The translations under genes were made by a program, and so were the position numbers. The notes beneath the pieces were generated by a model, which saw nothing but the letters and a program-made list of their open reading frames with translations, made no database searches and was not told the DNA's origin. From NCBI GenBank assembly GCA_965602015.1, contig OZ271918.1, positions 512,001 to 576,000 of the forward strand: a stretch of 64,000 nucleotides of DNA. Direction: 5' to 3'. Source of the DNA: Salinispira sp. Lineage in GTDB: Bacteria > Spirochaetota > Spirochaetia > DSM-27196 > Salinispiraceae. Shown in pieces: positions 58,411-64,000 of this stretch (within the stretch, counting starts at the first letter, position 1; every line of letters begins with the position of its first letter).

Positions 58411-59478
58411 ATGACCTTGTCCTTTATTTTACAAAGTTTATCGGATGTACTGCCTACGATAGTTGTCATCGCAGCGGCGATGGTTCTCGTCGAAATAGGC
58501 TTGTACTTCCTTCTGTACCGGGCATTGAATTACCGTTTTGCCCTTCCGTTTATGCTGGTCGCTCCCGCTGCGATCGGTTTATCCGTCCTGGTGATCTATC
58601 CCATTATTTACAATGTGTGGATTGCTTTCAGCGATGTCAGTCCTATGGCCGGGCGATGGTTCACCATTGAAGGTTCCATTACCTATGGATTGGCTCCATT
58701 CTGGAACAATATCGTCACGGTATTCACCAGACCGATACTGCAGCAGCAAACATTTTTTCCCGTTCTGTTGCGGACCCTCGCCTGGACTTTCGTACAGGTA
58801 ACCTTCCATGTAACCCTCGGTTTCTTCCTCGCCTCGCTGATGAACCGGCCGATGAAAATGCGCGGAATTTACCGAACGCTTATCCTCTTTCCCTGGGCCA
58901 TTCCCCAGGTTATCGCCGTTCTGGCATGGAGAGGGGAGTTCAACTTTGAATATGGATACTTCAACATAATGCTGAGAAATCTTAACCTCACGCCGGTCAA
59001 CTGGATGTCCGATCCGGTGTGGAACTGGGTGGCGGTGAATATCACCAACATCTGGCTCGGGGTTCCGTTTATGTCGGTAATTCTTCTTGGCGGACTCCAG
59101 TCCATCGACTCCTCGTACTACGAGGCCGCTGAAATGGACGGTGCAAGCAAGATGGATCAGCTGCGGAATATCACCCTGCCACTGATGCAGCCGGTAATGA
59201 CTCCGGCAATTATCCTTGGAGTCATCTGGACATTCAATCAGTTCAATGTTCCGTTCTTTATCAACCAGCAGGAGCTGGAGACTTCAGACATCCTGATAAC
59301 CGCCCTGTATCGGGCAGCTTTTGAGTACAACCGCTATGCATTTGCTGCGGCCTTCGCCCTTGTAATTTTCGCCATACTTCTGGTATTCACGTTAATCTAC
59401 ATGCGGGTTACCGGATTTGAGCTTCAGGTCGGCGAAGAGAAAAAACGACTGGCTGCCGCCAAGGCTGTAGGAGAATAA
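58411..59478 (+). CDS. Carbohydrate ABC permease (MalF-like)
   Basis: PWAIP, WLGVPF, EAA motif YYEAAEMDGAS, ITLPL. Confidence 0.92.
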   Translation: MTLSFILQSLSDVLPTIVVIAAAMVLVEIGLYFLLYRALNYRFALPFMLVAPAAIGLSVLVIYPIIYNVWIAFSDVSPMAGRWFTIEGSITYGLAPFWNNIVTVFTRPILQQQTFFPVLLRTLAWTFVQVTFHVTLGFFLASLMNRPMKMRGIYRTLILFPWAIPQVIAVLAWRGEFNFEYGYFNIMLRNLNLTPVNWMSDPVWNWVAVNITNIWLGVPFMSVILLGGLQSIDSSYYEAAEMDGASKMDQLRNITLPLMQPVMTPAIILGVIWTFNQFNVPFFINQQELETSDILITALYRAAFEYNRYAFAAAFALVIFAILLVFTLIYMRVTGFELQVGEEKKRLAAAKAVGE

Positions 59479-60404
59479 TGATGAGTGATCGCGCAATTAG
59501 CTCAATAAAAGCTCCCACTGAATTCGATCTCATGCGGAAATACGGTTTCGGCAGGTGGTTTTTCCAGCGGGCCAGGGGGGATTCCCCATTCAAGCGGCTG
59601 CTGATACATCTCGTGCTGATATTTACGGTTATTATTGCTGTATATCCCGTACTCCGGGTCGTGTCCGTATCGCTTCGTCCGGGAAGCCGGCTTTTGTCGA
59701 CATCGCTGGCCATCATCCCCGAGGATGCGAGCTTCGAGAATTATTACAACGTTCTGTTCAACAGGGATTTCTTTCAGTGGTTGTGGAATAGTTTAGTCAT
59801 TACCGTTTCGACAAGTATTATCGGCGTCATGATTGCCTCGACCTCGGCATATGCCTTCTCCCGATGGCAGTTTCCCGGACGTAATCCTTCGCTGATCTTC
59901 CTCTTTGCTACACAGATGATCCCCGGCCCCATGTTGATGATTCCCATTTTCATCCTGGCGGCCCGGCTCAATCTGATCAACACATGGAGGGGATTGGTGG
60001 TTGCCTATTCGGTGTCTGCGGTACCCTTTAGTATATGGATACTCAAGGGCTACTACGACTCGATTCCCATGGAGCTTGAGCAATCAGCAATGGTCGACGG
60101 CGCAACGAGAATGCAGGCTTTCTTTAAGATTATTCTGCCCTTGAGTACGCCGGCCCTGGCTATCGCATTTCTGTTCAACTTCACCCAGGCCTGGAATGAC
60201 TTCCTCCTGGCGCGGATTATGCTGCAGAGGACAGAGCTCTATACCTGGCCCCTCGGCCTGCAGAGCATGCAAAGGCAGTTTACCACCCAATGGGGTGAGT
60301 TCTCCGCCGCTGCTCTTATGGTCTCGGTACCGGTTATGATTCTCTTTCTCACATCGAGCAGGTGGCTTATATCCGGTCTTACTATCGGTTCTGTAAAGGG
60401 CTGA
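59478..60404 (+). CDS. Carbohydrate ABC permease (MalG-like)
   Basis: AYAFSR, LEQSAMVDGAT, IILPLS, GSVKG C-terminus. Confidence 0.92.
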   Translation: MMSDRAISSIKAPTEFDLMRKYGFGRWFFQRARGDSPFKRLLIHLVLIFTVIIAVYPVLRVVSVSLRPGSRLLSTSLAIIPEDASFENYYNVLFNRDFFQWLWNSLVITVSTSIIGVMIASTSAYAFSRWQFPGRNPSLIFLFATQMIPGPMLMIPIFILAARLNLINTWRGLVVAYSVSAVPFSIWILKGYYDSIPMELEQSAMVDGATRMQAFFKIILPLSTPALAIAFLFNFTQAWNDFLLARIMLQRTELYTWPLGLQSMQRQFTTQWGEFSAAALMVSVPVMILFLTSSRWLISGLTIGSVKG

Positions 60405-60419
60405 TTCCTGTTTCCCAAC

Positions 60420-60439
60420 GCTGCGGCTTCGGCCGCAGC
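60420..60439 (+). terminator. Stable UUCG hairpin after the permease genes
   Basis: GCTGCGGC-TTCG-GCCGCAGC; weak U-tract. Confidence 0.5.
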
Positions 60440-60506
60440 TGAGGGAACTTGTTTACATCACATATGTGTTCACTAATGCTCGAACTTCACACAAAGGGGC
60501 ACCGCT

Positions 60507-61532
60507 GTGCGGGTTACCATAAACGACATCGCAAAGGCCTCGGGCTTTTCCAAGACATCAGTCTCTTTCGCCTTCAACGATCCGAAACGGATCAGCAAGG
60601 AAACCCGCAGTAAAATTCTTAACATCGCCGAAAGCCTTGGCTATGTGCCCGATCCCGTGGCCCGCAATTTGTCCATGCGAAAGGTCGGCACCATCGGTTT
60701 CCTGGTGCCCCAGGCGATTAGCCAGGTGTTCCTCAATCCCTATATGAACCAGATTCTGTTGGGAATAGGGGAGGCCTGCCAAAAGCATGAGTACTCCCTC
60801 ACCGTGGTGCCTCCGCTCAAGGGTAGGATATTCGACGGCGCACGCACCGCCGCAGTGGACGGTTTTATCACCATGGGCCTGCATCCTGAAATGAAGGTGG
60901 TGCAATTGATACGCCGCCGGCACATTCCCTTTGTCACCATAGACGGTACCCCTGCCTCCGACATCCCCGGAGTAAACACCCGGGATGAGGATGCGGCATA
61001 TGCAATGATGAAGCGCATCCTCGATTACGGCCACCGGAACATTGCGATTTTCGCCCTGGAGTATGCAAAAGGCAGTGAAGACCGGGTGTACACCGGAGCC
61101 CGGGATTGGCGGATGGACGGGTTCAAAAAGGCTCTTGCGGAGTGTGGTCTGGATCCGTACTCGGTGCCGGTGTACGACACCGAATCCAGTCTGAGGGGAG
61201 GGCGAAGCGCCGTTGCCCGGATTATGGAGGACTATCCTGACACCCGGCCGACGGTTATCGCCTGTATGAGCGATATCTGTGCCATCGGCGCCTTGCTTGA
61301 ACTTGCCGACCGGGGGGTTTCGGTGCCCAATGAGATTTCAGTTACCGGATTTGACGATATTCCCGAAGCATCACTGGTTAATCCAAGGCTGACCACCATC
61401 GCCCAGCCCGGCTACGATATCGGCCTGACCTCCGGAAGCATGCTGTTCGAGTTGCTGGAGGAGCGTCACCCGGAGCACCACGTGTATTTTGAATCCCATC
61501 TGCTCGAACGCGAATCACTTAGGCCCATATAG
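60507..61532 (+). CDS. LacI family transcriptional regulator
   Basis: TINDIAKASGFSKTSVSFAFN HTH, GYVPDPVARNL hinge, SVTGFDD, LTTIAQP. Confidence 0.93.
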   Translation: MRVTINDIAKASGFSKTSVSFAFNDPKRISKETRSKILNIAESLGYVPDPVARNLSMRKVGTIGFLVPQAISQVFLNPYMNQILLGIGEACQKHEYSLTVVPPLKGRIFDGARTAAVDGFITMGLHPEMKVVQLIRRRHIPFVTIDGTPASDIPGVNTRDEDAAYAMMKRILDYGHRNIAIFALEYAKGSEDRVYTGARDWRMDGFKKALAECGLDPYSVPVYDTESSLRGGRSAVARIMEDYPDTRPTVIACMSDICAIGALLELADRGVSVPNEISVTGFDDIPEASLVNPRLTTIAQPGYDIGLTSGSMLFELLEERHPEHHVYFESHLLERESLRPI

Positions 61533-61588
61533 ACTATCCTTTCCTGCGGTATACACTTAGCGGGCTTTATTGTATATTCGCCTCAACT

Positions 61589-63430
61589 ATGAAGAAATTT
61601 ACTGATTTTGATTTACATCCCGATTTACAGCGGGGTATTGATGATGCCGGCTTCGAACATTGTACGCCGGTCCAGGAAGAAACTTTCGCCGCAATTTTCA
61701 GCGGTCGCGACGTTACAGTAAAATCCCAAACAGGTACCGGAAAGACAGCAGCCTTCCTTATTTCCCTTTTTCAGACCCTCATGGATGAACGGCAGAAACG
61801 CGCCGAAAACGATGCCAATGCTACACCGGAGAATGAACAGGTTCTTGTGCTGGCTCCGACCCGCGAACTGGTTGTTCAAATAGAGGAAGAAGCGGAAATG
61901 CTCTCCGAGCACCTCGATTTCAAGTTCGCCACGGTATACGGCGGGGTGGGCTATAACAAGCAGGAAGATGAACTGGCGGCGAATCCCGATTTTATTATTG
62001 CTACTCCCGGTCGCCTAATGGATTTTATGCAGAGCCGCAAAATCGACAACCGGCGCTTCGGCTATCTCGTTATTGATGAAGCAGACCGGATGTTCGATAT
62101 GGGTTTTTATCCCGACATTCAAAAAATCCTTCGGGGTATGAAACCTCCGGGAGAACGTCGGACCCTGTTGTTCAGCGCAACCCTGGGAACCCGGGTCTTG
62201 AATATCGCCTGGGAACATATGAATAACCCCGTCGATATCGAAATTGAACCGGAACACATAACCGTCGAAGCCATCGATCAGACCCTCTATCACGTTTCGA
62301 GAGATGAAAAAATGTCCCTGCTTTTGGGGCTCATTAAAAAGCATCAGCCCGAAAGCGCCCTCTTTTTCACCAACACCAAGCGCATGGCCGAGGAGTTGTC
62401 AAACCGCCTTCGGGCCAACAATTTTACCGCCGAGTTCATTATGGGCGATCTACCCCAAAAGAAGCGCCTAAAAATCATCAATGCGGTCAAGCACAAGGAA
62501 ATCCGTTTCCTCGTTGCCACCGACGTGGCTGCCAGGGGACTGCACATCGATGATCTCGAGATGGTGTTCAACTATGACCTTCCGGAAGATTCAGAAAATT
62601 ATGTTCACCGTATCGGCCGAACTGCTCGAGCCGGTGCGACCGGCAAGGCAATCAGTTTGGCCGATGAGCACTCGGTGTACAATCTGAGCTCCATCGAGTC
62701 GTATGTCGGCGTTAAAATTCCCGTCGATACGGTAAGCGACGACCTGCTCGCCGAGGATCTGAGCCGGGGCATGAGAATGCATTCCGAGTACTACGGTTCC
62801 GGTCGATCCGATGGCGGTCGTGGGGGCTCAAGAGGCGGCGGGCGCTCAGGCTCTCGCGGCGGAAGGTCCCGCGGTCGGGGAGAAGGCAGAAGCGGCAGCC
62901 CGCGTTCTTCGGCGGGCTCCCGTGCCCATGACGGCCGGGATGAAAAGCCGCAGGAAAAGAGCCGAAGCGGACGCGGCGGGGGACAGGACCGTCGGGTGAA
63001 AAGCCGCGGTCATAATGATGGGGCAAAACCCCGCAGCGGAGCCAAACCAAACAAGCCGGTCAGTAAAATGTCAAAAGAAGAGCGGCTTGCGTACTATGCC
63101 GAGAAGTACGGAGAGGACTTTGGCGGAAAACCGGGCAAATCCGGTTCAGCCAAGCGCAGAAAAGGCGGGAAACCCCGCAGCGAACAGTCAAGGAACAGAT
63201 CGCAGCAGAGTAAATCCACGGCCGATACCAAATCATCACAAGGGCAAAGCAACGACAGGCGCAAATCCGGCTCCAAGAAAAAAGGGCATTCAGCCCCGAA
63301 TACATCACGACCTCAGGGCAAGCCGGTCAACAATTCCGCTCAGCAGGGAAGACAGGAAACAAAGGCCGCTAAATCACCGCGCTCAAAGGGATTGTTCGGC
63401 GCGATAAAGCGGCTCTTCGGCGGTGAGTGA
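61589..63430 (+). CDS. DEAD-box RNA helicase (RhlB-like) with basic disordered tail
   Basis: QTGTGKT, PTREL, TPGR, DEAD, SAT, ARGL, HRIGRTAR; RGG/K-rich C-terminus. Confidence 0.93.
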   Translation: MKKFTDFDLHPDLQRGIDDAGFEHCTPVQEETFAAIFSGRDVTVKSQTGTGKTAAFLISLFQTLMDERQKRAENDANATPENEQVLVLAPTRELVVQIEEEAEMLSEHLDFKFATVYGGVGYNKQEDELAANPDFIIATPGRLMDFMQSRKIDNRRFGYLVIDEADRMFDMGFYPDIQKILRGMKPPGERRTLLFSATLGTRVLNIAWEHMNNPVDIEIEPEHITVEAIDQTLYHVSRDEKMSLLLGLIKKHQPESALFFTNTKRMAEELSNRLRANNFTAEFIMGDLPQKKRLKIINAVKHKEIRFLVATDVAARGLHIDDLEMVFNYDLPEDSENYVHRIGRTARAGATGKAISLADEHSVYNLSSIESYVGVKIPVDTVSDDLLAEDLSRGMRMHSEYYGSGRSDGGRGGSRGGGRSGSRGGRSRGRGEGRSGSPRSSAGSRAHDGRDEKPQEKSRSGRGGGQDRRVKSRGHNDGAKPRSGAKPNKPVSKMSKEERLAYYAEKYGEDFGGKPGKSGSAKRRKGGKPRSEQSRNRSQQSKSTADTKSSQGQSNDRRKSGSKKKGHSAPNTSRPQGKPVNNSAQQGRQETKAAKSPRSKGLFGAIKRLFGGE

Positions 63431-63431
63431 C

Positions 63432-63460
63432 TTGACAGCGGCGCCGCGCATTGATATTGT
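63432..63460 (+). promoter_or_regulatory. Sigma70-type promoter of rpsD
   Basis: TTGACA (63432-63437), 17 bp, TGa-TATTGT (63455-63460). Confidence 0.7.
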
Positions 63461-63521
63461 AGCGATTCAAATCTAACCGGCCTGCAGGGTAAGACCCTGT
63501 AGCGTCAAGGAGTACGTGCAA

Positions 63522-64000
63522 ATGGCAAAGAACAGTACAGCCAGAGGTAAAATCGTACGCCGGTTCGGGCTAAATATTTTCGGTAATCCGAAATATGACA
63601 GGCTTCTCAAGAAGAAGCCTGCTCCTCCGGGAGAGCCTAAAAAGGGCCGGCCGCGACAGTCCGAATACGGTCGGCAGCTTGCAGAAAAGCAGAAAATCAA
63701 ATTTGCTTACGCACTGTCCGAGCGTCAGTTCCGCAACGTTTTTGAAAAAGCAAAGCGGATGAAGGGTGTTGCCGGTCACAACATGTTGATCCTGCTGGAA
63801 CGCCGGCTTGACAATGTTATTTACCGCCTCACCATGTCGGCCAGCCGGGCTCAGGCTCGGCAGCTGGTCAGTCACGGTCACATCTATGTGAACGGCCGTC
63901 GATTAAACGTTCCGTCCGCCCTGGTCCGCGCCGGTGATGTCATCACCATCAAGGAAAGGGAGGGGTCCAAAGAACTCGTTCGCAAGACCCTGTCCGAAAA
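63522..64000 (+). CDS. rpsD: 30S ribosomal protein S4 (partial, runs off window)
   Basis: Not in the ORF track. MAKNSTARGKIVRRFG...SEYGRQLAEKQK...LERRLDNVIYR...ARQLVSHGH; AAGGAG SD. Confidence 0.95.
   Translation, partial: MAKNSTARGKIVRRFGLNIFGNPKYDRLLKKKPAPPGEPKKGRPRQSEYGRQLAEKQKIKFAYALSERQFRNVFEKAKRMKGVAGHNMLILLERRLDNVIYRLTMSASRAQARQLVSHGHIYVNGRRLNVPSALVRAGDVITIKEREGSKELVRKTLSE

Noticed and set aside
63451..63470. Zur/Fur box at the rpsD promoter (TTGA...TCAA)
   Set aside because: Only the outer 4 bp are palindromic, and the interior does not match known boxes

Overview
64 kb of core chromosome from a moderately GC-rich bacterium, most likely a free-living spirochaete (inference from Spirochaeta-type binding-protein N-termini such as 'AFAAGGSEE' and 'VFAEGGQE', tRNA-Arg(UCG), tRNA genes without encoded CCA, and a stand-alone Cys-less rpsD). 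About 46 CDS and 6 tRNA genes. Contents: a starch/maltodextrin module (GH13 lipoprotein, MalE-type ABC transporter, LacI), peptide catabolism (GGT, M20+YfcC, two M3, M14, SdaA, CstA with LytS/LytTR), two MCPs, a GAF-HD-GYP protein, an FeS-type photolyase, a phytol-kinase-like/DUF92 pair, tig-clpP-clpX-lon, rarA, msrB, a DEAD-box helicase and the start of rpsD. I found no integrase, transposase, phage or cas gene. Most notable: (1) a ~460-bp array downstream of tRNA-Leu(GAG) that repeats the tRNA 3' end, a terminator and an anti-T-arm sequence three times, around two sequence-divergent but structurally matching ~100-nt inserts; (2) a hypothetical protein with sigma-70 region-2- and region-4-like ends; (3) about ten genes with a leaderless-mRNA signature; (4) a VTE5/VTE6-like isoprenoid-alcohol salvage pair. 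All family calls come from recognising motifs by eye; no searches were run.
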